The notes beneath the pieces were generated by a model, which was not told where the DNA came from, did no database searches, and was given only the letters and a program-made list of their open reading frames with translations. Both the position numbers and the translations under genes were made by a program. A stretch of DNA of 64,000 nucleotides from an uncultured Kangiella sp. (GTDB lineage: Bacteria > Pseudomonadota > Gammaproteobacteria > Enterobacterales > Kangiellaceae): positions 114,090 through 178,089 of the forward strand of contig CANMKR010000001.1 of assembly GCA_947498625.1 (NCBI GenBank), given 5' to 3'. Each line of letters starts with the position of its first letter. Position 1 is the first letter of the stretch. This document shows positions 36,984-45,326 of the stretch, one piece after another.

Positions 36984-37385
36984 TCAGGAGTTAGAAATTG
37001 GCGGATGATGAATCACCTGCACCCTATTCCCATCGGGATCTGAACAGTAGAAGCTAGTCGCGCCATCTCGGTGCAATCTTGGCTTGGTAAAAATTTCCAC
37101 GTCATTGGCTTTTAAAAATTCATACCATTCATAAACTTCTTCTGCGGTATTCATAATAAAACCCAAATGATCGAGCTTTTGGCCACCAGAGGTATCCAGC
37201 TCAGGCTGTTTACGATGCAACGCTAAGTTGTCGTGACCTTTTGAGGTTAAATAGACATTATCTTCATCAGGTCGCCATTCAACTTCCATCCCAAGCAGCT
37301 CCACATAAAAATGCTCAGTGGCTTCAAACGCTTCGACAAATAACGCCAGGTGGCGCATGCCTAGATGATTTGCGGGTCTTTTCAT
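36984..37385 (-). CDS. VOC-family (glyoxalase/bleomycin-resistance/dioxygenase fold) protein.
   Basis: The N-terminal beta-alpha-beta-beta-beta module is HLALFVEAFEATEHFYVELLGMEV. The size is 133 aa. Confidence 0.65.
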   Translation of the reverse strand: MKRPANHLGMRHLALFVEAFEATEHFYVELLGMEVEWRPDEDNVYLTSKGHDNLALHRKQPELDTSGGQKLDHLGFIMNTAEEVYEWYEFLKANDVEIFTKPRLHRDGATSFYCSDPDGNRVQVIHHPPISNS

Positions 37386-37508
37386 TTTACTTTCTTTCCA
37401 TACAATTATTCATCGTCATTATGAGCCTTAGCGATGCAACCTTTGAACATAAGCAGATTGCCACCAGCTCTCAGCCCTCTACTCTCGGCCCTAATAATGA
37501 TGGCTCAA

Positions 37509-37907
37509 CTATACCGGTACTATCTCGAAGCTGGTGGTCACTGGCATTTTCTTATCTAGCGAGTGCATTACCGAGCAATATTTTTCCACTGATAGGTCTA
37601 TGGCTTTAGTCACATGCTTTACTGATAAATCCGTACCTGCAACCACAAAGTGTAAATTAAGCCCGGTAAAGCTTCTCGGTGGCTCTTCAGCACGACTTCC
37701 TTCTAATTTGCAGCGGCAGTTAGCAACTTGCTGACGAGCTTTCTCTAAAATCATCACCACATCAATAGAAGCACAGGCGCCAACTGACATTAGCAGAGTT
37801 TCCATTGGCGAAACATAGTCACCTTCACCACCGAAAGTTACTCTTTGCCCTTTTTCATTGGCGCCAACAAAATTTAAACCTTCTATCCAATCAACAGTTA
37901 CTTTCAT
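37509..37907 (-). CDS. yhfA: OsmC/Ohr-family protein (YhfA-like).
   Basis: Conserved cysteines sit in an OsmC-like context (SVGACASIDV ... EKYCSV). It is divergent from crp, as at the E. coli yhfA-crp locus. Confidence 0.75.
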   Translation of the reverse strand: MKVTVDWIEGLNFVGANEKGQRVTFGGEGDYVSPMETLLMSVGACASIDVVMILEKARQQVANCRCKLEGSRAEEPPRSFTGLNLHFVVAGTDLSVKHVTKAIDLSVEKYCSVMHSLDKKMPVTTSFEIVPV

Positions 37908-38036
37908 CTATCTCACCCAACGGTCTTTTTGTGACCCAGTTAATATATCAAGAATTATAGTTTAATCGTAAATTTGCTTTTGGTCAGGTAGAAGATTAGT
38001 ATTTAATGCATAAATATCATAATTCGGGATTGTTAG

Positions 38037-38672
38037 ATGCCTTTACCTTTTCATTTGGCGCAAGATGAAACTATTTTAAGCTTCTTAGACAGCTGTCAGC
38101 GACGACGCTTCCCTGCTAAGAGTACTTTAATTTATGCCGGTGATTCATCCAATACTTTGTACTTCTTATTAGAAGGCTCAGTTTCAGTATTAATTGAAGA
38201 TGACGAAGGACGCGAATTAGTTTTAGCTTATTTAAATCCAGGTGATTTTTTTGGTGAAATGGGCTTATTCACTGATGAGCACGATCGCACGGCTTGGGTT
38301 CGTACCAAGACTGAGTGTGAAGTCGCTGAAATCAGTTACGAGCGCTTCCGCCAAATCACTAAAGACAATCCGGATATCTTGTTTAAGCTATCAACCCAGC
38401 TAGCAGTCCGCTTACAAAAAACCAGTCGTAAGGTTGGCGATTTAGCATTCTTAGATGTTACTGGTCGCGTAGCGCATGCATTACTCGAGCTTGCTAAAGA
38501 ACCTGATGCTATGACGCACCCTGATGGCATGCAGATCAAAATAACTCGCCAAGAACTCAGCCGTATTGTTGGTTGTTCTCGCGAAATGGTTGGCCGTGTT
38601 TTAAAAGCATTGGAAGAACAAGGTCATATCCATGTTAAAGGAAAAACCATGGTCATCTTTGGGGCGCGATAG
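38037..38672 (+). CDS. crp: cAMP receptor protein (CRP/Vfr).
   Basis: There is a cNMP-binding domain and a C-terminal HTH ([40 protein letters not shown]) that is near-identical in pattern to E. coli CRP. Confidence 0.9.
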   Translation: MPLPFHLAQDETILSFLDSCQRRRFPAKSTLIYAGDSSNTLYFLLEGSVSVLIEDDEGRELVLAYLNPGDFFGEMGLFTDEHDRTAWVRTKTECEVAEISYERFRQITKDNPDILFKLSTQLAVRLQKTSRKVGDLAFLDVTGRVAHALLELAKEPDAMTHPDGMQIKITRQELSRIVGCSREMVGRVLKALEEQGHIHVKGKTMVIFGAR

Positions 38673-38714
38673 CTTTTTTATTTTCCTTCTTTTGTAGAAA
38701 ATACAAATCCTTTA

Positions 38715-38742
38715 AAGCCTGAGTTAATCTCAGGCTTTTTTA
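38715..38742. terminator. Bidirectional rho-independent terminator after crp.
   Basis: The hairpin AAGCCTGAG-ttaat-CTCAGGCTT is followed by TTTTTTATT. An A-run upstream serves the minus-strand XRE gene. Confidence 0.8.
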
Positions 38743-38955
38743 TTCTTCCCACTGAAACACTTCTCCAATGTCGCAATTAAAGTAATTGGCAATTTTAAAT
38801 GAGACTTCCAGTGAAGGTGAATAACGTCTTTGCTCTATTGCTGCAATGGTCTGTCGAGTTACTCCCACAATTTTACCCAGTTCTGATTGAGAGAGCTGTC
38901 CATGCTGTTCTCTAAGCTCACGCACTTTATTAATAATTGGAAAGCGCTTTGTCAT
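38740..38955 (-). CDS. XRE-family (Cro/CI-type) HTH transcriptional regulator.
   Basis: The 71 aa product has the HTH SQSELGKIVGVTRQTIAAIEQRR. Confidence 0.7.
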   Translation of the reverse strand: MTKRFPIINKVRELREQHGQLSQSELGKIVGVTRQTIAAIEQRRYSPSLEVSFKIANYFNCDIGEVFQWEE

Positions 38956-38957
38956 AT

Positions 38958-39428
38958 TTACAGGGCTCTTTTATAAAAAATTAATTGCAGAATATATTCT
39001 GTTAACTGGCTAGCGATTAAAGAAACCAATATTCCATAAAAAAGCAGACCATTGAAATCCCAAATAAAGTAACTCACCAGCAGTAGATTAAGCATCACAC
39101 CCAGGACTATTGCCGAATATTTTGATGCTTGTAGTTTTACCAATTTGTCTCGCTCATCATCGCTGCTATTTGCATCTTTGGGAGCAAATAATGCTATAAC
39201 AATATGCCCAAATATAGACATAAAAATTAGAGCAATAATAAACACCACGAATGGACCAAGCACAATCATCCTGCTGGCTTCAGCAGGTATTTGTGAATGG
39301 TACTCCATGGTACCGCCTATCAAGAACGCCAATATTCCTGTTCCGATCAGAAGTGCAAAAACCATCACCCAAGCAGATTTTTCATTAAAGGTCATATAAA
39401 TCTCGATGTTAATAATATTTAACATCAT
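38958..39428 (-). CDS. Small membrane protein (DUF2178-like), immediately upstream of and co-oriented with the XRE regulator.
   Basis: The 156 aa product has 4 TM helices and is separated from the XRE gene by a 2-nt gap. The DUF2178 assignment is from memory of the common XRE+DUF2178 pairing. Confidence 0.4.
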   Translation of the reverse strand: MMLNIINIEIYMTFNEKSAWVMVFALLIGTGILAFLIGGTMEYHSQIPAEASRMIVLGPFVVFIIALIFMSIFGHIVIALFAPKDANSSDDERDKLVKLQASKYSAIVLGVMLNLLLVSYFIWDFNGLLFYGILVSLIASQLTEYILQLIFYKRAL

Positions 39429-39492
39429 TGTGCATCAAACCACTACTTAATGTCAAAGATTTTTAACACTCATTTTTGAGACTATTTGGAAA

Positions 39493-40446
39493 CTAGGCTT
39501 TTGTACCTAGGAAATTGCGTAAGATTTGATGTCCATTCTCAGAAAGTATCGACTCTGGATGAAACTGGACGCCTTGCATTAAAAAGTCTTTATGTTGAAT
39601 ACCCATAATATATTCAAGCCTTCCTGCTGGATCTTGGGTCCAAGCAGTAATCTCAAATTCATTCGGCAAGCTTGCGGGCTCAATGATCAAAGAATGGTAG
39701 CGAGTTGCTTTGAATGGATTCGGCAAATCTTTAAAGACGCCTTGGCCATTGTGATAAATATCTGAGGTTTTTCCGTGCATCACTTTTTCCGCACGAATAA
39801 TATTTCCGCCATAGACTTGAGCCATCGCTTGATGACCTAAGCAAACACCTAGTATTGGCTTTAATCCTGCATATTTTTTTAGGATTTCTAAACTAATACC
39901 AGATTCATTGGGGGTACAAGGGCCAGGTGAAATTACAATATAATCGGGATTTAATGCTGCAACTTCATCGAGAGTTATTTCATCATTACGTTTGACGATA
40001 AGCTCTAAACCACTAATGCCATCTTTTACTTGTCGCTCTAACTCTATGCCAATCTCACCAAAATACTGGATCAAGTTATAGGTAAAGGAATCGTAATTAT
40101 CGATCATTAACAGACGTTTTTTTTCGCCTAAAGTCTCCGCGAGTAAATCTTTGTTTAACTTTTGCTTTAAGGACTCTTCATATTCCACTGGTGTTTTAAC
40201 AATACCCATTACTAAGCTCATGACAGCAATAACCGTTGCGATCAGCCACATTAAAACAAAGGGCAAGTGATTGAGAATAAAACTATCAGAGCCTTGATAA
40301 GTTTCTTTAAGTGAACAAAAATCAGTTTGATAATTAAAACTGCCCGCTTGTTCTAGGCAATTTTTTATAGCGGTTTGATCATTAAAATAATGAGCAATGA
40401 GCCCGAAGGTTAATAAGATGGCTAGTAGCCATACTAGTTTACGCAT
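39493..40446 (-). CDS. Class-I glutamine amidotransferase (TrpG/PabA-type) with an N-terminal ~110 aa membrane-anchor extension (2 TM).
   Basis: The GATase triad context has the catalytic Cys at GVCLGHQ and the His at FHPES. The N-terminus has two hydrophobic helices flanking a Cys-containing loop. Confidence 0.7.
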   Translation of the reverse strand: MRKLVWLLAILLTFGLIAHYFNDQTAIKNCLEQAGSFNYQTDFCSLKETYQGSDSFILNHLPFVLMWLIATVIAVMSLVMGIVKTPVEYEESLKQKLNKDLLAETLGEKKRLLMIDNYDSFTYNLIQYFGEIGIELERQVKDGISGLELIVKRNDEITLDEVAALNPDYIVISPGPCTPNESGISLEILKKYAGLKPILGVCLGHQAMAQVYGGNIIRAEKVMHGKTSDIYHNGQGVFKDLPNPFKATRYHSLIIEPASLPNEFEITAWTQDPAGRLEYIMGIQHKDFLMQGVQFHPESILSENGHQILRNFLGTKA

Positions 40447-40455
40447 CGCTTAAAA

Positions 40456-41127
40456 TTAACGTCTAGCCTTAGCATTTTGTTTCATCTGGCTAATCGTCGC
40501 TTGGTAGTCGTCAGTATTAAAAATTGCCGAACCCGCTACGAAAGTATCAACCCCACAAGCTGCAATTTCAGCAATGTTGTCCACTTTAACACCACCATCG
40601 ATTTCTAAACGAATATCGCAACCTGATTCATCGATAAGCTTGCGTACTTTCTTGGCTTTTTCTAAAGTCGAAGGGATGAATTTCTGCCCGCCGAAACCCG
40701 GGTTCACTGACATCAATAAAATTAAGTCTAATTTATCCATCACATATTCTAAGCAATCAAGTGGCGTTGCTGGATTAAGCACAAGTCCTGCCTTACAACC
40801 CTGCTCTTTAATCAAACCGATGGTTCGATCAAGATGCTCAGTGGCTTCAGGATGGAAGCTAATATAAGTGGCACCTGCTTTAGCGAAATCAGGAATGATT
40901 CTATCTACTGGCTTTACCATCAAATGCACATCAATTGGGGCTTTAATCCCATAATCACGTAAAGCTTGGCATACCATTGGACCAATAGTTAGATTTGGAA
41001 CATAGTGATTGTCCATTACATCAAAGTGCACCCAATCTGCGCCCGCAGCCAGAACATTTTCCACCTCTTGGCCTAAACGTGCAAAATCAGCTGATAAAAT
41101 TGATGGTGCAATAAGAAGATCTTTCAT
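40456..41127 (-). CDS. rpe: Ribulose-phosphate 3-epimerase.
   Basis: The N-terminus is [18 protein letters not shown], with [14 protein letters not shown] and the C-terminus [12 protein letters not shown]. The start chosen is MKDLL. The ORF track extends it to 41172. Confidence 0.9.
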   Translation of the reverse strand: MKDLLIAPSILSADFARLGQEVENVLAAGADWVHFDVMDNHYVPNLTIGPMVCQALRDYGIKAPIDVHLMVKPVDRIIPDFAKAGATYISFHPEATEHLDRTIGLIKEQGCKAGLVLNPATPLDCLEYVMDKLDLILLMSVNPGFGGQKFIPSTLEKAKKVRKLIDESGCDIRLEIDGGVKVDNIAEIAACGVDTFVAGSAIFNTDDYQATISQMKQNAKARR

Positions 41128-41245
41128 AGGAGTTGATACCACTTTATCTATAATTGTTTCTATTGTACCCAATGCCGGATTTATATAACAGCCTATCTAG
41201 CCGAGCTTCGGTAGTCAGGAATAGCATAAATTAAATACGCTATAA

Positions 41246-42382
41246 CTAATGCCTAATTGAATCGACTCTTTCTAAGACGGTCATTAATATTAATGCCAGA
41301 ATCCAGTCGGTCACATCCGGCGATTTGCCCTGTAAAAATAACTGCAAGACGCTTAACGCCAGAATAAGCGCCATGACCAAAACAAAGGCCGAGCGATAGC
41401 TATTCAGCCATCGCGCCAGCGCATAGCCTAATGAAGTGACTAGCAAAGAATATTGGAATAAATTGCTCAAGTGATACCAGGTGCTCCCTCCTAAGAATTT
41501 CTTAAATGGGATCCATTGGACCTGATTTACACTCCCAAGATCTTGTATCCACCTTAATGGAGATACAAAGTCCAATAGCAAGATGGTCGCGGCTAATAAG
41601 GAGATCATTGTAAATTTTAGTTTACCGGAGAGGCTTCGATGCAAAATAAGTGCCAAAGGTACAGCGGTAATTTCACTCCAACCAATTTGACTCCTGAACA
41701 TGCTCAGCTTTATCGCGAAAATGAAGATGCTCAACACTAGTAACACACTGACTGTGTAATCTCGACTCATAACGCGGCTTAAACTAAGGTAAAACATTAA
41801 CCAAAAGAGTAGAAACTTCAACCAATCCTGCCAATGCCACTGACTGTTATAAACCGATTCGATGCCTAAACCGATTTGTTTAGTCTCAAAAACTGGAATA
41901 TAAGGGAAAAATGCCCAACCTAGCCATAAGCATAAAACCAATAATGCCGGGGTTAAATGAAATTGGAATTGCTGTGGGATCAAGCGTCGAATACGTTGGC
42001 TATTGGTATAGGCAGCCAGCGAAATGCCTAGCAAGATCCCAATGCTATTAACCAACGCATCAGCCGCATGGGGCACTCTAGACGGCAAATAAAACTGCAA
42101 TATCTGCAATGATAATGCGAAGGCTATACCCATCAAAAGCAACCATATTGCAGACAAAAGTGGTGAACGTCGTCCATCTTGCTGAATATTCAAAGCTCCC
42201 AAGAAGCCAAAAGGAATAAAAAGCAAAATGTTGGCGATCAAATCACTACGGATGGTTCTTTGTTCCCAGTTTTGTAACCAGGCTACAAAATCTGTGGGCA
42301 ATGAGCGATTAAAATCGAAGTTAAAAGGATACAGCGAGCCGTAGGCAATGAGAATGATAACGGTCAACCAAATAAGTCTCAT
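41246..42382 (-). CDS. Polytopic membrane protein with an N-terminal VanZ-like domain.
   Basis: The N-terminal ~125 aa (YGSLYPFNF ... RSDLIANILLFIPFGFLG ... PSRVPHAADALVNSIGILLG) resemble the VanZ family. About 6 more TM helices follow. It is divergent from the ligase operon. Confidence 0.45.
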   Translation of the reverse strand: MRLIWLTVIILIAYGSLYPFNFDFNRSLPTDFVAWLQNWEQRTIRSDLIANILLFIPFGFLGALNIQQDGRRSPLLSAIWLLLMGIAFALSLQILQFYLPSRVPHAADALVNSIGILLGISLAAYTNSQRIRRLIPQQFQFHLTPALLVLCLWLGWAFFPYIPVFETKQIGLGIESVYNSQWHWQDWLKFLLFWLMFYLSLSRVMSRDYTVSVLLVLSIFIFAIKLSMFRSQIGWSEITAVPLALILHRSLSGKLKFTMISLLAATILLLDFVSPLRWIQDLGSVNQVQWIPFKKFLGGSTWYHLSNLFQYSLLVTSLGYALARWLNSYRSAFVLVMALILALSVLQLFLQGKSPDVTDWILALILMTVLERVDSIRH

Positions 42383-42496
42383 CGAATATCCTTAAATCCT
42401 TTCTTTAGTAATTATTAGAGTTTTAGCCTATAAAGCTGACGCAACTGATTGAAAAAGCTACAATATCAGCAAAGTTTATAGATGCTATAATAACGG

Positions 42497-44077
42497 ATGT
42501 ATAGTCAGCTGGATCAAATTCTATCGCAAACTGCTTTGCAATTTCCGCAAAAAGTTGCGTTAAACGACAATAAGCAACAACTGGATTACCAAGCTCTTGA
42601 GCAAAAAGTCTCAATTTTAGCGGATCGGTTTATTCAATTAGGACTTACTGCTGGTAGTCGTATTGCCATTTATTTACCAAAACAAATTGAAGCCGTTGTC
42701 AGTAAACTGGCCGCCAGTCGCGCCGGTTTGGTTTTTGTTCCAATCAATCCTTTATTAAAACCGCAACAGGTCAGTTATATTCTGCAAGATTGTAATGTAG
42801 AACTTTTGCTTACCAGTGGGCCGCGAAGTAAACAATTAGCTGAGATATACAGCCATGCGGCAGAACTTAAACATTTAGTTTTAGTCGATGATAAGTACGA
42901 TCCAGATTTAGTTAAAAATTTAACGGTTTCTTTTTGGAATAACTTACTCGGCGATGGTTCTAAAAAACTGACGAACCGTCACCGTATCGACCAAGATTTA
43001 GCGGCGATTCTTTATACCTCTGGCTCAACTGGAAATCCTAAAGGTGTTTGTCTTTCTCATCGTAATTTAATTGCAGGCGCACAAAGCGTTAGCTCTTATC
43101 TTAAAAACACGAGTGACGACGTTATACTTGCAGTGCTGCCTTTAAGTTTTGATTATGGGTTAAGCCAAGTCACTACCGGCCTGTTAACAGGTGCGACCGT
43201 CATTTTAATGGAGTACCTACTACCTAGAGACGTGATCCGCCAAGTAGAAAAGCATCAAGTTACTGGTCTAGCAGCAGTGCCGCCTTTATGGTTTCAATTG
43301 GCGCAATTAGAATGGCCAGAGTCTTGTAAAAAAAGCTTGCGTTACATTACCAATAGCGGCGGCGCTATGCCCAAAGCAACTTTAGCAGCTTTACAAAAAG
43401 AGCTACCTAATACCAGTCCTTACTTAATGTATGGCCTGACGGAAGCGTTTCGTTCGACCTATTTAGATCCGAATGAACTTGATAAGCGACCTGATTCGAT
43501 CGGCAAAGCCATTCCTAATGCTGAAATCTTAGTACTAAGGGAAGATGGTTCTGTTTGCGATGATGAAGAATCCGGTGAATTAGTTCACAGAGGCGTTCAT
43601 GTCAGTTTAGGTTATTGGAATGCACCAGAAAAAACTGCCAAGCGTTTTAGACCTATTGATAAATCATCTAATTATTTAACTGAGCTGGCAGTTTGGTCAG
43701 GCGATCAGGTACGCCGTGATAAAGATGGCTTTTTATACTTTATCGGCAGAGCAGATGATATGATAAAATGCTCAGGTTATCGCATAAGTCCTAGCGAGCT
43801 AGAAGACACTCTATTCTTAATGGATGGTATTAAAGAAGTTGCAGCTTTAGGCATCGCCGATGACCAACTAGGTCAAGCTGTCATGTTAGTAATTAATGCA
43901 GACGCACAAATTGAAGAAGCTAGCATCAAAAAATACTGCATGAAAAATTTACCAAACTTTATGCAGCCTAAATACATTGAGCTGGTCGAAAAATTACCAC
44001 GTAATCCTAATGGTAAAATTGATCGCAAGCAACTGAAGCAACAGTTTAAACACTTGGACAATAATTTTAATGAGTGA
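42497..44077 (+). CDS. AMP-dependent synthetase/ligase (acyl-CoA ligase superfamily).
   Basis: The AMP-binding signature is LAAILYTSGSTGNPKGVCLSHRN. The C-terminal ligase lysine region is NPNGKIDRK. Confidence 0.8.
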   Translation: MYSQLDQILSQTALQFPQKVALNDNKQQLDYQALEQKVSILADRFIQLGLTAGSRIAIYLPKQIEAVVSKLAASRAGLVFVPINPLLKPQQVSYILQDCNVELLLTSGPRSKQLAEIYSHAAELKHLVLVDDKYDPDLVKNLTVSFWNNLLGDGSKKLTNRHRIDQDLAAILYTSGSTGNPKGVCLSHRNLIAGAQSVSSYLKNTSDDVILAVLPLSFDYGLSQVTTGLLTGATVILMEYLLPRDVIRQVEKHQVTGLAAVPPLWFQLAQLEWPESCKKSLRYITNSGGAMPKATLAALQKELPNTSPYLMYGLTEAFRSTYLDPNELDKRPDSIGKAIPNAEILVLREDGSVCDDEESGELVHRGVHVSLGYWNAPEKTAKRFRPIDKSSNYLTELAVWSGDQVRRDKDGFLYFIGRADDMIKCSGYRISPSELEDTLFLMDGIKEVAALGIADDQLGQAVMLVINADAQIEEASIKKYCMKNLPNFMQPKYIELVEKLPRNPNGKIDRKQLKQQFKHLDNNFNE

Positions 44078-45317
44078 TTTAAAGAAACCTAAAAAGCAAA
44101 TCAAGCATGCCAGCATGCCACAATTTGCTGTACAAGATAATGCAATTAATATTGCCGGCCATAGCATCAGTACAATTGCCACTATCGCAGGGCAAACTCC
44201 TTTTTATGTTTATTCCAAAGAAGCCATTAAAGCGAATATCGACCGCTTAAAGAAATATTTCCCGCAAGTTAGTTTACATTACGCGATAAAAGCAAACCCG
44301 ATGCCACAATTAGTTTCTTATATCGCTAATTTAGTTGATGGTTTAGATGTGGCTTCTGGTAAAGAATTAAATGTTGCTTTAGCAAGCGATATGCCGGCTG
44401 CAAAAATCAGTTTCGCTGGCCCTGCTAAAAATCCGCAAGAATTAGCGATGGCAATTGCCAGCGGCATTACTATCAATGTTGAGTCATTAACAGAGCTTGA
44501 AAGAATAAAAAATATTGCTGAAGCGGCTAATGCCATAGCCAATATTGCACTTCGAATCAATCCAGATTTTGAGCTTAAATCTTCCGGCATGAAGATGGGT
44601 GGAGGTTCACAGCAATTTGGTATAGATGTAGAGCAGCTTGATCCTGTTTTCACTTTATTAGAAAACTCACATCTACAGTTAATAGGTCTGCACATTTTTA
44701 CCGGCTCACAAAATCTTAATCCGCAATCTATAATTTCAGCTCATGATAATATTTTTGCTTTAGTGCAAAGATTACAAAGCCAATACGGGTTCACACTTGA
44801 GCATTTGAACATTGGCGGTGGCTTAGGCATCCCTTACTTTCCAGGGGATAAACATTTAGAGTTAGCAGAAATTTCTGCCAATCTAGAAAAGCTTTTTAAA
44901 GAGTACAAAGCCATCACTAACGGTTGTGAAATCATATTAGAATTGGGTCGTTATATTGTTGGTAATGCAGGACTCTATGTTTGCGAAGTTACCGATAAAA
45001 AAATATCTCGTGATAGAACCTACTTAATTACCAATGGAGGCTTGCATCATCATCTTGCTGCTTCAGGTAATTTTGGCCAAATCATTAGAAAGAATTATCC
45101 CGTTGTCGTCGCTAATAAAATGGGCTTTTCGGATACACAACTTGTTGATGTGGTAGGGCCTTTATGCACTCCGTTAGATATACTGGCCAGCAAAATGGAT
45201 TTACCGCAAGCGACTATTGGTGATTTAATTGCGGTTTATCAATCCGGTGCCTACGGTTATACTGCAAGCCCGCGTGACTTCCTAAGTCATTCGCATCCTA
45301 TCGAGTTATTACTTTAA
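44070..45317 (+). CDS. PLP-dependent fold-III decarboxylase (Orn/DAP/Arg decarboxylase family, LysA-like).
   Basis: The PLP-lysine motif is YAIKANP and the Gly-rich loop is NIGGGLGIPY. The start overlaps the ligase stop by 8 nt. Confidence 0.75.
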   Translation: MSDLKKPKKQIKHASMPQFAVQDNAINIAGHSISTIATIAGQTPFYVYSKEAIKANIDRLKKYFPQVSLHYAIKANPMPQLVSYIANLVDGLDVASGKELNVALASDMPAAKISFAGPAKNPQELAMAIASGITINVESLTELERIKNIAEAANAIANIALRINPDFELKSSGMKMGGGSQQFGIDVEQLDPVFTLLENSHLQLIGLHIFTGSQNLNPQSIISAHDNIFALVQRLQSQYGFTLEHLNIGGGLGIPYFPGDKHLELAEISANLEKLFKEYKAITNGCEIILELGRYIVGNAGLYVCEVTDKKISRDRTYLITNGGLHHHLAASGNFGQIIRKNYPVVVANKMGFSDTQLVDVVGPLCTPLDILASKMDLPQATIGDLIAVYQSGAYGYTASPRDFLSHSHPIELLL

Positions 45318-45326
45318 GAGAACTTT

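Noticed and set aside
42423-42614. 63 aa minus-strand ORF in the VanZ-like / ligase divergent promoter region.
   Set aside because: It overlaps the ligase 5' end antisense and has no motif. It is probably spurious.
44070-45317. Calling the fold-III decarboxylase simply lysA.
   Set aside because: Its motifs fit LysA-like enzymes. However, the 8-nt overlap with an AMP-ligase and its position directly upstream of plsB are not the normal lysA context. It is left as family-level pending an HMM or phylogeny check.
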